Assembly: GCA_963771275.1 (NCBI GenBank)
Contig: CAVYSW010000011.1
Span: 32,001 to 96,000, forward strand
Length of the DNA: 64,000 nucleotides
DNA from: an uncultured Gemmatimonadales bacterium
Lineage (GTDB): Bacteria; Gemmatimonadota; Gemmatimonadetes; Gemmatimonadales; GWC2-71-9
Direction of reading: 5' to 3'
Below are positions 47,872 to 57,441 of this stretch, piece after piece. Each line of letters begins with the position of its first letter. The stretch's first letter is position 1. The translations under genes and the position numbers were made by a program. The notes beneath the pieces were generated by a model that was given only the letters and a program-made list of their open reading frames with translations, ran no database searches and was not told the DNA's origin.

Positions 47872-48993
47872 ATGCGTCGCCTCGCCCTCGTCGCCCTGGC
47901 CGCCTCGCTTTTCCCCTCCGCGCTGGCCGCGCAAGCCACACCGCGTCGCCCCAAGCTCCCGGCCGATGCGGACACCAACGACGCCCGTGCGTATTACGAC
48001 TGGTCGCGCGGCACGGTCACGGACTGGAAGAAGGTGCACGACGCCATCTGGTGGGCGCGGCGGCTCGACCCGGGCGACACGCGCTATCTGCTCGCCATGC
48101 AGGAGGCCCTGCTGGGCCGCCAGGGATACGAGTGGCAGATGGAGCGCCTTCAAGGCGCGACCTATGTGCTCAAGTCGCCGGAATCGCGCGCCATCGATTC
48201 GGTGGCGGCGGAGGTCGTGATCCACGACCCGTTCATTCGCTACGACGCGCCCTGCATGCTCGGGGAGGGCCTCGACCGGCTGCGCGACCGCCTGGAAGCG
48301 GGCATGACCCACTACAGCAACCTGTGTTGGCGTCAGGCCAACCAGGCGTTCGCCGAGGCCCTGGCGAAGAAACCCGGCCTGCTCGACGTGCATGTCTCGC
48401 GCGCGCGCGCGTTCTTTTTCCAGCAGCTGTACGACAGCACCATCGCCGAGCTCAACGTGGTCCTCGACTCGCTCCGCCAGCGGGACATCACGTACCTCAA
48501 CTTCTGGTACTACTCGAAGGCCGCGCTCGAGTACATGATCGGCATGACCGAGGAGCACCGGCAGCGTTGGGAGGCGGCCCGCGAGGCGTACGGACGGGCG
48601 CTGACGGAGGATCTCTCCTTCTACATGGCGCACGCGCACCTCGGCTGGGTGGCGCTCGAGCAGCACGACGTCAAGACCGCGCTGGCGGAGCTCGACCTGG
48701 CGGCCGGCCTCAAACCGGACGACGGGCTGCTCAGCCACGAGTATGGATACGCCCTGCTCGAGAACGACCGGGACGCGGATGCCGAGACGCAGCTCCGCGA
48801 GGCCATCCGCCTGGAGCCCTATTGGGCGCTCCCCCACTTCAACCTCGCGGTCGCGCTGGCCAAGCAGGGGAAGCGTGAGTTGGCGGTGGCCGAGTATGAG
48901 GCGTTCATCGCCCGCTGTCCCAAACGCATGGAATCTCAGGTCGCGGAGGCCCGCAGCCGGATTGCGACGCTCCGCGCCGGGCCCCCGCACTGA
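47872..48993 (+). CDS. Exported TPR protein, paralog 1
   Basis: Signal peptide; C-terminal TPR pattern (AETQLREAIRLEPYWALPHFNLA). Confidence 0.8.
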   Translation: MRRLALVALAASLFPSALAAQATPRRPKLPADADTNDARAYYDWSRGTVTDWKKVHDAIWWARRLDPGDTRYLLAMQEALLGRQGYEWQMERLQGATYVLKSPESRAIDSVAAEVVIHDPFIRYDAPCMLGEGLDRLRDRLEAGMTHYSNLCWRQANQAFAEALAKKPGLLDVHVSRARAFFFQQLYDSTIAELNVVLDSLRQRDITYLNFWYYSKAALEYMIGMTEEHRQRWEAAREAYGRALTEDLSFYMAHAHLGWVALEQHDVKTALAELDLAAGLKPDDGLLSHEYGYALLENDRDADAETQLREAIRLEPYWALPHFNLAVALAKQGKRELAVAEYEAFIARCPKRMESQVAEARSRIATLRAGPPH

Positions 48994-49061
48994 TGGGCGC
49001 TCGCTGGCGCCAGCCGGGACCGATCTGTAGGTTCGCCTCGCGTTCCTTCCGGGAGCCTGCC

Positions 49062-50175
49062 ATGCGCCGCCTCGCCCTCGTCGCTCTGGCCACCTCGCTT
49101 GCCGCCCCTGCCCTGTGGGCGCAATCAACGCCCCCCCGTCCGAAGCTCGCCGCCGACGCCGACACCAACGACGCCCGCGCGTACTATCGATGGGGCAACC
49201 AGCCCGACGTCGACTGGAAAAACACATACAACGCCTATTACTGGGCCCAGCGGCTTGCGCCCGGTGACATCACGTACCTTCGTGCGTTGTATGTCGCCTT
49301 CCTGAACCGTCACTCCTACTCGTGGCGGCGAGACTACGACAGGGGAGTCGCCAAAGTCGCCAAGTCGGACGATGCCCGCCTGCTCGACTCCCTGATCCTC
49401 GAGGTCGTCATGCGCGATCCGTACGGCGACCGGCGATCCACCTGCCTCTTTCTTGAGGAAGGCGAGCAACAGCGGGACCAGTACATGGTCGGCTACGTCC
49501 ACTACTCGAACGGCTGTTACCCCCAGGCCAATGCCGCCTTCGCGGAAGCCCTGCGCAAGGACGGCAGTCTCCTGCTGGCCCACCGCTATCGCGCGCGGAG
49601 CTTCTACTATCAGCAACAATACGACAGCACGGTCGCCGAGCTCAACGTCCTCATCGACTCGCTGCGCGCGCGCGATGAGAAGTACCTGATGCAGGTGTAC
49701 AACTCGAAGGCCATGTTCGAGTACATGATCGGGTTCGCGGAGGCGCACCGCCATCACTGGGCCCCAGCGCGCCAGGCGTACGAGCGGGCCCTTACGGAAG
49801 ACCTCTCGTTCTACATCGCGCACCAGCGGATGGCCGAGGCCGCGCTCGAGCAGACCGACGTCAAGACCGCCCTTTTGGAGTACGATCTCGCCGTCGGGCT
49901 CAAGCCGGACAACGGCGTGCTGCGGAACGACTACGGTCGTGCCCTGTACCTGGCCGGGCACGACGCGGAGGCCGAGGTCCAGCTCCGGGAAGCCATACGG
50001 CTCGAGCCGCATTGGGCGCTGCCCTACTACAACCTCGCGGCGGCGCTCGCGTCGCTCAAGCAAGACCGACGAGGCGATCGCCCAGTACGAAGCGTTCATC
50101 GCCCGCTGCCCCAAACGTCTCGAGTCCGAAGCCGCGGAGGCCCGCGGCCGGATCGCGAAACTGCGGGGACCCTGA
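49062..50175 (+). CDS. Exported TPR protein, paralog 2 (frameshift near 50060)
   Basis: Collinear with paralog 1; C-terminus AIAQYEAFIARCPKR continues in ORF 49939-50175. Confidence 0.8.
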
Positions 50176-50198
50176 CCTCGCCGTGACGGCCGGAGACG

Positions 50199-50231
50199 CA
50201 ACGGGCCCGCGGCGCGCCGCGGGCCCCGTTG
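50199..50231. terminator. GC-rich hairpin between convergent genes
   Basis: CAACGGGCCCGCGGC-GC-GCCGCGGGCCCCGTTG. Confidence 0.55.
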
Positions 50232-50249
50232 CCACCGCGGTGCGGTGAA

Positions 50250-51104
50250 TCAGCGCACGGTGATCTGCCGCAGCATCCCGTGCATCAGGTGCGGAGCACC
50301 GTCCTTGGCGTCCGCGACGAAGCAGGCCAGGGCGTACTCGCCCGGTGGAAGGTCCAGCGGCACCAGGTTCTCCTCCCCCGTGCTCAGCGCCACGGTTCCG
50401 CCCATCGGTCGTGCCGGCGGGGGGCCCTGCATGCTCGCCACGAACCACGCCTTCAGGTCGTCGGCGGTCTTGCCGGGCGCCAGCTGCCAGATGACGACCT
50501 CATGGGGCTGCTGCGCGCGATCGGTGACCCGCAGCGTATGGCGACCGGCCGTGAGCGGCTGCGACAGCTGGAACCCGTAGTCCACCAGGTCCAGCGAGAC
50601 GTCCGCCTTGACCTCGGACTCCAGGCTCGCTGCCCGCGCAACCGCCGGTCCCGTCACGCGGAGGGCCGCGACCATGCCCTTCGCCATGTGCGGCACCATG
50701 TCGGACCCGGGGATCACGCAGAGCAGCGCGTAGTTCCCGGGCTTGAGGTCCACGATGGCCTCCGAGCTGTCGCCTGGGATCACGGCATTGGGTCCCCCGA
50801 GCAGCACGACTCCCGCCGGCGGCGGGCCTTCCGCTTGCAGGGCTCCCATCATGTCCTGGAGGGTCTTCCCCGCGGGCAGCTGGACGATCTGGATGTGATG
50901 GATGCTCGGCCCGTGGTTCACCAGGCGGATCATCGTGAGCCCTCCCGGAGTCTCCGCCGGCGCCTCGAACGCAAAGTCCTTGGTCACGATCCGCACGACG
51001 CGAGGCTTCGCAGGCTCGCTGCGGGTGGGGCCACCCGCGTGGCCGGATGGCGGCAGGGCGCCAGTAAGCGCCAGTGCCGCCGTGAGCAGCATCGTCGAAC
51101 TCAT
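50250..51104 (-). CDS. Exported tandem two-domain cupredoxin-like protein
   Basis: Two repeats with type-1 Cu ligand pattern: H...CVIPGSDMVPHMAKGM and H...CFVADAKDGAPHLMHGM. Confidence 0.75.
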   Translation of the reverse strand: MSSTMLLTAALALTGALPPSGHAGGPTRSEPAKPRVVRIVTKDFAFEAPAETPGGLTMIRLVNHGPSIHHIQIVQLPAGKTLQDMMGALQAEGPPPAGVVLLGGPNAVIPGDSSEAIVDLKPGNYALLCVIPGSDMVPHMAKGMVAALRVTGPAVARAASLESEVKADVSLDLVDYGFQLSQPLTAGRHTLRVTDRAQQPHEVVIWQLAPGKTADDLKAWFVASMQGPPPARPMGGTVALSTGEENLVPLDLPPGEYALACFVADAKDGAPHLMHGMLRQITVR

Positions 51105-51344
51105 GGATCCTCCTCCCTGAGGATGGTGACTGGCCTAGGACGGCTGGAGGCCGGGGTGGCCCGTCCGAAAGCCGACAAAGCTTATCTGGGTTCCACGGTA
51201 CCCGCAACGGCGCGGGCTCCTGGGTGGGATCGGGGACCGGCGGAGCGGGTCCCGCGCCATGCCAATATGCGGACCGTGCGGTATGTTCAACCTCGGCCGG
51301 CTTTGCTCCGCCGCCGCCTACTTCAGCCTTTCTCGGAGTGTCCT

Positions 51345-52982
51345 GTGAAACCGAAGGGTCCGATTCCGACTGGCGCGCAGCTTCTCCATCAACCCGCCCT
51401 GAACAAGGGCACGGCCTTCACCGAGGCCGAGCGCGATACGTTGAAGCTGCGGGGCCTGCTGCCCCCGCGGGTGTTTACGATGCACGACCAAGAAGCCCGC
51501 ATCCTCGAGAATTTTCACCTGAAGACCACCCCCCTGGAGAAGTTCGTCTTCATGACTTCCCTCCAGGACCGCAACGAGACGCTGTTCTATCGCACCATCC
51601 TCGACAACACGGCCGAGATGATGCCTATCATCTACACGCCCACGGTGGGTGAGGCGTGCCAGCAGTGGGGCCACATCTTCCGCCGGGCCCGCGGGCTCTA
51701 CATCTCCCGCTACGACAAGGGCCGCGTGCGCGACATCCTCCGCAACTGGCCTCAGCCCGAAGTGGACGTGATCGTCGTGACCGACGGCGAGCGCATCCTG
51801 GGGTTGGGCGACCAGGGCGCCCAGGGCATGGGGATCCCGATCGGCAAGCTGGCGTTGTACACCGCCCTCGCCGGAATCCACCCGCAGCGCTGCCTGCCCG
51901 TCACGCTGGACGTCGGCACCAACAACGCGCAGTTGCTGAGCGACCCGTTCTACCCGGGTATTCTGGAGAGGCGCGTCCGCGGTGCTGAGTACGAGGCGCT
52001 CGTCGATGAGTTCGTGACCGCCGCACGGGAGACGTTCCCCGGCCTGCTCATCCAGTTCGAGGACTTCGCCACGGAGAATGCGATCCACCTGCTCGCGAAG
52101 TACCGCAACACGATCTGCATGTTCAACGACGACATTCAGGGCACGGCCGGCGTCATGCTTGCGGGCCTGATCGCCGCCAACCGGCTCACCAGGCGGCCGC
52201 TCAAGGACGAGCGCATCCTGTTCTACGGCGCGGGGGAGGCGGCGAGCGGAATCGGCAACCTGATCGTGTCGGCGCTGGTCAAGCAGGGCGTCACGCTCGA
52301 CGAGGCCCGGCGCCATATCTGGTTCGTGGACTCGAAGGGACTGGTCGTGAAGTCGCGGACGGATCTCGCCCCGCACAAGCAACCCTACGCGCACGAGTAC
52401 GAGTCCATCAAGCACCTGGAGGCCATTGTCGATTCGCTGAAACCCACGTGCCTCGTTGGCGTTTCCGGGCAGCCGCAGACGTTCACCGAGCACATCCTGA
52501 AGCGGATGGGCGAGTTCAACGAGCGGCCGATGATCTTCAGCCTCTCCAACCCGACGGCCAAGTCCGAGTGCACGGCGGAGCAGGCGTACCGCCATACCGA
52601 TGGCCGCGCGATCTTCGCGAGCGGCAGCCCGTTCCCGCCGGTCCAGTACCAGGGCCGCACGATCCTCCCCGGACAGGGCAACAACGCCTACGTGTTCCCC
52701 GGGCTCGGGCTCGGCGTCATTGCCTCGCGCGCCAAGCACGTGACCGACGAGATGTTCTACGTCGCGGCGGACACGCTGGCCCATCTGGTGACTCAGGAGT
52801 ATCTGGACCAGGGCACGATCTTCCCACCCCTCAACCGGATCCGCGAGGTGTCGGGCGCGATCGCGACCGCGGTGGCCAAGGAGGCGTACGACAGCGGGCT
52901 GGCGACCGCTCCGAAGCCGAAGGACCTCGGCACGTACGTCCGGTCGCTGATGTACCAGCCCGACTACCACTCCTACGTGTAG
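51345..52982 (+). CDS. maeA: NAD(P)-dependent malic enzyme (large-subunit type)
   Basis: NKGTAF, LRGLLPP, PIIYTPTVG, VTDGERILGLGDQG, QFEDF, FNDDIQGT, GAGEA, LSNPT, GQGNNAYVFPG. Confidence 0.95.
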   Translation: MKPKGPIPTGAQLLHQPALNKGTAFTEAERDTLKLRGLLPPRVFTMHDQEARILENFHLKTTPLEKFVFMTSLQDRNETLFYRTILDNTAEMMPIIYTPTVGEACQQWGHIFRRARGLYISRYDKGRVRDILRNWPQPEVDVIVVTDGERILGLGDQGAQGMGIPIGKLALYTALAGIHPQRCLPVTLDVGTNNAQLLSDPFYPGILERRVRGAEYEALVDEFVTAARETFPGLLIQFEDFATENAIHLLAKYRNTICMFNDDIQGTAGVMLAGLIAANRLTRRPLKDERILFYGAGEAASGIGNLIVSALVKQGVTLDEARRHIWFVDSKGLVVKSRTDLAPHKQPYAHEYESIKHLEAIVDSLKPTCLVGVSGQPQTFTEHILKRMGEFNERPMIFSLSNPTAKSECTAEQAYRHTDGRAIFASGSPFPPVQYQGRTILPGQGNNAYVFPGLGLGVIASRAKHVTDEMFYVAADTLAHLVTQEYLDQGTIFPPLNRIREVSGAIATAVAKEAYDSGLATAPKPKDLGTYVRSLMYQPDYHSYV

Positions 52983-53006
52983 CGCTCATCGCGTGGCTGA
53001 AACGCA

Positions 53007-53035
53007 AGCGCCCAGGGCCGTCTGCCCTGGGCGCT
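53007..53035. terminator. Hairpin terminator between convergent genes
   Basis: AGCGCCCAGGGC-CGTCT-GCCCTGGGCGCT. Confidence 0.65.
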
Positions 53036-53066
53036 GTGCATGGCGGGATGGCGGGGCGCCGCGCCG

Positions 53067-55322
53067 CTAGCGGGCGCCTGTCGCGCCTCCGAGGGCCGCG
53101 GCCGCCCCATCGAGCTCTCCGGCGACCGCCTCGAGCGCGCGCGCCACGATCCCGATCCGCGCCTCCACCTCCGGCCAGCTGCGCTGCTCGATCGCCTCGC
53201 GCACGCCCGGCAGCGTCTTCACCCCGTAGCCCGTGTAGAAGCCGGGCGCGTAGATCTCGTGCCGGAACCACGGACGTCGCGGCAAGCCCTGGTCGGTGAT
53301 CATCGCGCGCTCCGCCCCCACCAGCGCCGCGTTCACCCGGGCCGCCACGGCGGGATCGGCGGGCGCACCGGAATGCGCGAGGCTCGAATCGTAGCGCGCG
53401 GCGCTCCGCTGGAGCGCGGCGAGGGCGTTCTTCAGCGGCGCGAAATTGAGAAACGGCACGGCCGCCTGCGAGTCGGGTGGGACGTAGCGCTCCTTGGGGT
53501 CGGCGGCGAGCTGATAGGCCCGGACGGCGAGCAGTGCATCGCGCCGCGCGGTGGTCGCGCGCAGGTCATCGGTGAGCGTGCCCAGCTCCTCCACGTACCG
53601 CCCGACGTCGGTGGCGAGATTGCCGAATCGGAGCGGCAGCACGTCGGCGTCGGCCAGCCGCAGCGTGAGCCGGCCCGCCGTCTGGGCGAGGGCCACGCCG
53701 TAGGCGAACCCGGGATCACCGAACCGCACGTAGTGATCGTATGAGTCGTAGATCGAGTGGTAGTCGCCGCCGTCGCTCTCGCCGCCGAACCCGAGGTTGA
53801 GCGCGGCGATGCCGAGGTGCTGCAGGAACGGCGTGTAGTCCGACCCCGACCCCAGCGGCGCAATCGGCAGGTCGCCCGGCGCGTCCGCCGCTGCGCCGCC
53901 CGAGACGCGCCGCCGCGCCCGTGCCCGCTCGCCGACCGAGACCCCGGTCTGCGGATCGCGCACGTCCGCCGCGACCTCGTTGACCAGGCGCTCGAGCTCG
54001 CCCGAGCCCCCGACGCCGAGGAACCCCCGGCCGCTGCCGTCGGTGTTGATGTACGCCACCGCCTTGCGGGACAGCTCGTCCGCATGCGCCTCGACCCACT
54101 CGGTGGAGCCGAGCAGGCCCGGCTCCTCGCCGTCCCAGGCAGCGTAGATGATCGTACGCTGCGGGCGCCACCCGGTCTTGGCGAGCTGCGCCACCGCGCG
54201 CGCCTCCTCGAGCAGGGCCACCTGCCCGCTCAACGGGTCGGCCGCGCCGAACACCCAGCCGTCGTGGTGGTTGCCGCGGATCACCCACTCGTCGGGGAAC
54301 CGGCTCCCCGGCAGCCGCGCGATCACGTCGTAGGCGGGGACCAGCTGCCAGGTGAACGCGACCGCGAGCCGGACTCTGGCCGGGCCGGCGCCCAGGTGAT
54401 AGGTGATCGGGAGGGCGCCGCGCCACACTTCCGGCGCCACCGGCCCCGCGAGCGCCTTGAGCAGCGGCAGCGCGTCGCCCCACGCGATCGGCAGCACGGG
54501 GATCTTGGTGAGCGTCTGCGCGTCTTCCCGTCGCAGCCGCTTGGCCTCCGGTGTGGCGCCGACCCCCGGCGTCAACGGGTCGCCCGGGTAGAGGGGCATG
54601 TCGGCCACCGAGCCCCGCTGCGCGCCGAACTCGGGCCGGAACGGCCCCTGCGGGTAGACGTCCCCCTGGGCGTAGCCATCGTCCCCGGGGTCCGAGTAGA
54701 TAATGCAGCCGATCGCGCCGTGCTCGCCGGCCACCTTGGGCTTGATCCCGCGCCACGAGCCGCCGTACCGGGCGATCACGATCTTCCCCGTCACGTCGAT
54801 GCCGTGCCGGGCCAGCTCGTCGTAGTCCGCCGGAACCCCGTAGTTCACGTACACCAGCTCGCCGGTGACGTCGCCGTCCACCGAGTAGGCATTGTACGGG
54901 GGGAGCCGGTCCTGCATCACCCCGGACGTCGCGTCCTCCTTGAGCGCCGGCTCGGCGAGCCTCGCCTGATAGCGCGTCGGGGCAACCAGCTCCACGACCC
55001 GGAGCGTCGGCGTCGGGAACAGCACGTCAAACCGCTCGATCGCCGTCTCATAGCCCCATGACCGGAACAGCGACGCGATGAACTCGGCGTTTTCCTTGCC
55101 GTACGGCGATCCCACGTGGTGCGGCTTCGCACTCATCCGTTTCATCCAGATCGGCAGGCTGTCGGGCGAGACCAGGCTGTCGAGCCGGGCTTCGAGCTCC
55201 CGTTGGCGCGCGGCGTGCTCGGCGGTGAACCCGAGCAGCGGGGCGTTCGTGGGTGACGGGGATGCCGCAAGAAGCAGAATGGGAAGGACGGCGCGAGGCA
55301 GCGCGCGGGCGAGCGGTTTCAT
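53067..55322 (-). CDS. M28 glutamate carboxypeptidase II-like peptidase (PA + TfR dimerisation domain)
   Basis: GNHHDGW, GAADPLSG, WDGEEPGLLGSTEW, GSGSDY, YHSIYD, YAPGFYTGY. Confidence 0.92.
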   Translation of the reverse strand: MKPLARALPRAVLPILLLAASPSPTNAPLLGFTAEHAARQRELEARLDSLVSPDSLPIWMKRMSAKPHHVGSPYGKENAEFIASLFRSWGYETAIERFDVLFPTPTLRVVELVAPTRYQARLAEPALKEDATSGVMQDRLPPYNAYSVDGDVTGELVYVNYGVPADYDELARHGIDVTGKIVIARYGGSWRGIKPKVAGEHGAIGCIIYSDPGDDGYAQGDVYPQGPFRPEFGAQRGSVADMPLYPGDPLTPGVGATPEAKRLRREDAQTLTKIPVLPIAWGDALPLLKALAGPVAPEVWRGALPITYHLGAGPARVRLAVAFTWQLVPAYDVIARLPGSRFPDEWVIRGNHHDGWVFGAADPLSGQVALLEEARAVAQLAKTGWRPQRTIIYAAWDGEEPGLLGSTEWVEAHADELSRKAVAYINTDGSGRGFLGVGGSGELERLVNEVAADVRDPQTGVSVGERARARRRVSGGAAADAPGDLPIAPLGSGSDYTPFLQHLGIAALNLGFGGESDGGDYHSIYDSYDHYVRFGDPGFAYGVALAQTAGRLTLRLADADVLPLRFGNLATDVGRYVEELGTLTDDLRATTARRDALLAVRAYQLAADPKERYVPPDSQAAVPFLNFAPLKNALAALQRSAARYDSSLAHSGAPADPAVAARVNAALVGAERAMITDQGLPRRPWFRHEIYAPGFYTGYGVKTLPGVREAIEQRSWPEVEARIGIVARALEAVAGELDGAAAALGGATGAR

Positions 55323-55355
55323 GGACGGCGTGACCTCCGACGGCTGCCGGGTAGA

Positions 55356-55486
55356 CAACGTGCAACGTGCAGCGTATAGCGTGTAGTGTTGGCCGACAGC
55401 CGATGGCCGGCTCCCTTCCTCACTATTCACCTTCCACGTTTCACTTCCTTCGACATTCTACATTGGACATTGGGCATTGGGCATTC
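55356..55486. repeat. Composite heptamer arrays (three to four families)
   Basis: CAACGTG CAACGTG CAGCGTA TAGCGTG; GGCCGAC AGCCGAT GGCCG; GACATTC TACATTG GACATTG GGCATTG GGCATTC. Confidence 0.75.
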
Positions 55487-55487
55487 C

Positions 55488-57326
55488 CTACCACGCGATC
55501 CCGTAGTCCTCGCCGTAGTTGCTCGAGCCACCCCAGAACGAGCCGTGCGCCCAGTCGAAGAAGATCGCGTTGATCGGGCCGGACGTCAGCCGCTGCACGT
55601 TCAGGCGGTACCCCATGCGCGTCAGCTGCTGCCGGACACTGTCCGGCACGCTCGCGTTCACCGTGAGCCGGCCCGGCACCGACGTGTGCTCAAAGGAGTC
55701 CCACATCTGGTAGCTCGTGATGTTCGGCGCCTCGACCGCCTGCTGCACATTCATGCCCCACTCGACGACGTCGAGGAAGAACTGCAGCAGATTCTGGTCC
55801 TGGGTATCGCCGCCTTGCACCGCGAACGACAGGTACGGCTTCCCGTCCTTGAGCGCGAGACCCGGGGTGAGGGTCGCCCGCGGGCGCTTCCCCGGCTCGA
55901 TCACGTTGAACGGGTCCTCTGCGGGATCCAGAATGAAGCTCTGGGCGCGCTGGCTCATCCCGACCCCGGTCCGCCCCGCGATCACGGCCGGAATCCAGCC
56001 GCCGCTCGGCGTGACCGACACCACCCAGCCTTGCTCGTCGGTCGCCTCGATCGAGGTGGTCCCGAGGTAGAACGTCTCCCCGGCGTCCCGGGCGCCGGTC
56101 CGCGCGCGCTGCGGCGGCCAGCGATCGAGGTACTGCTTGAACGGATTGGTCTTCCCCATGAACGGGTACGGGTCGCCCGGCTTGACGTCGGGGTCGTTCC
56201 GCTCCCAGTCGATCTGCTGCGCCCGCTGCTTCGCGTACTCCTTGGACAGCAGGCCCTGCAGCGGCTCCTCGGGCGGGAAGGTGGGGTCACCGTAGTAGAA
56301 ATCCCGATCGGCGAACGCGAGGTTCATCGTCTGGTACAGCGCGTGGATGTAGCGCGCGCTGTTGAAGCCCATGCCCTTCAGGTCCAAGTTCTCGAGGATG
56401 TTGAGCGCCTGAAGCATCACCGGGCCCTGGACCCAGGTGTTCAGCTTGTAGACCTCGATCCCCTTGTAGGTGGTCATCACCGGCTGCTCGATGTGCACCT
56501 GCCAGCGGTCGAGATCCTGCAGCGTGATGAGGCCGCCCTCCTCCTGGGCGCCACGCACGAACTCCTGGGCGATGTCGCCGCGATAGAACCGGTCGTAAGC
56601 GGCGTAGATCGCCTCCTTGCGCGACTTGCCCGCCTTGAGGGCCTGCTGCTCGGCCTCCACCAGCTTGCGCAGCGTCGCCGCGAGATCCGCCTGCCGGAAG
56701 ATCTCCCCCGCGTGCGGGGCCTCGCGCGCCTCACCCGGGTGCGTCAGATACACGGCCCGCGAGTACCTCCACTGCCTGATCCACGCCGTGTCCCGCTGAA
56801 TCGCGTCGGCGGTCTGCGCCTCGATCGGGTAGCCGTCGGCCATCTCGATGGCAGGCGCGAGCACCTCGGCGAGGCTCATGGTGCCCCATTCCGCGAGCAT
56901 CGTCATCAGACCGCCCGGCGTCCCCGGGGTCACCGCCGCCAGCGCACCGTAGCGCGGGGGATACTGCATCCCCTTGTTCTTGAAGAACTCGGGCGTGGCG
57001 CCCGTCGGAGCGACACCGAGGGCGTTGAGCGCCACAACCTTCTTCTCGTTGGGATTGTAGATCAGCGCCTGGGTCTCGCCACCCCAACTCAGCACGTCCC
57101 ACATCGTGGTGACGGCGCCCAGCATGGCGCATGCCGCGTCCACCGCGTTGCCGCCCTTGCTGAAGATCATGGCGCCCGCCGCGGCGCCGAGCGGCTTGCC
57201 GGTGATGGCGACCCAGTGGCGGCCGTGCAGCACCGGCTTCGCCGTCCGCTGGGCGTCCAGCTGTTCGGGCATGAGGGATCCGAGCATGACCAGACCGAGC
57301 AGTACGTGAGAGAATCGTCCAGACAT
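55488..57326 (-). CDS. ggt: Gamma-glutamyltransferase family protein
   Basis: GGNAVDAA, AFADRDFYYGDP, GTTSI nucleophile, PGKRPRATLTP, GGDTQDQ. Confidence 0.9.
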   Translation of the reverse strand: MSGRFSHVLLGLVMLGSLMPEQLDAQRTAKPVLHGRHWVAITGKPLGAAAGAMIFSKGGNAVDAACAMLGAVTTMWDVLSWGGETQALIYNPNEKKVVALNALGVAPTGATPEFFKNKGMQYPPRYGALAAVTPGTPGGLMTMLAEWGTMSLAEVLAPAIEMADGYPIEAQTADAIQRDTAWIRQWRYSRAVYLTHPGEAREAPHAGEIFRQADLAATLRKLVEAEQQALKAGKSRKEAIYAAYDRFYRGDIAQEFVRGAQEEGGLITLQDLDRWQVHIEQPVMTTYKGIEVYKLNTWVQGPVMLQALNILENLDLKGMGFNSARYIHALYQTMNLAFADRDFYYGDPTFPPEEPLQGLLSKEYAKQRAQQIDWERNDPDVKPGDPYPFMGKTNPFKQYLDRWPPQRARTGARDAGETFYLGTTSIEATDEQGWVVSVTPSGGWIPAVIAGRTGVGMSQRAQSFILDPAEDPFNVIEPGKRPRATLTPGLALKDGKPYLSFAVQGGDTQDQNLLQFFLDVVEWGMNVQQAVEAPNITSYQMWDSFEHTSVPGRLTVNASVPDSVRQQLTRMGYRLNVQRLTSGPINAIFFDWAHGSFWGGSSNYGEDYGIAW

Positions 57327-57441
57327 CGTTCGCGCTCCGCGATTGCCGCACCAAGGTACACCGTCGCCAAGGGTCCTCAAAGCGTGCTGCGCGGCTCGGG
57401 GGCGGGCCCCAGCCGCGCAGCACGTCTCACCCTATCCCTGA

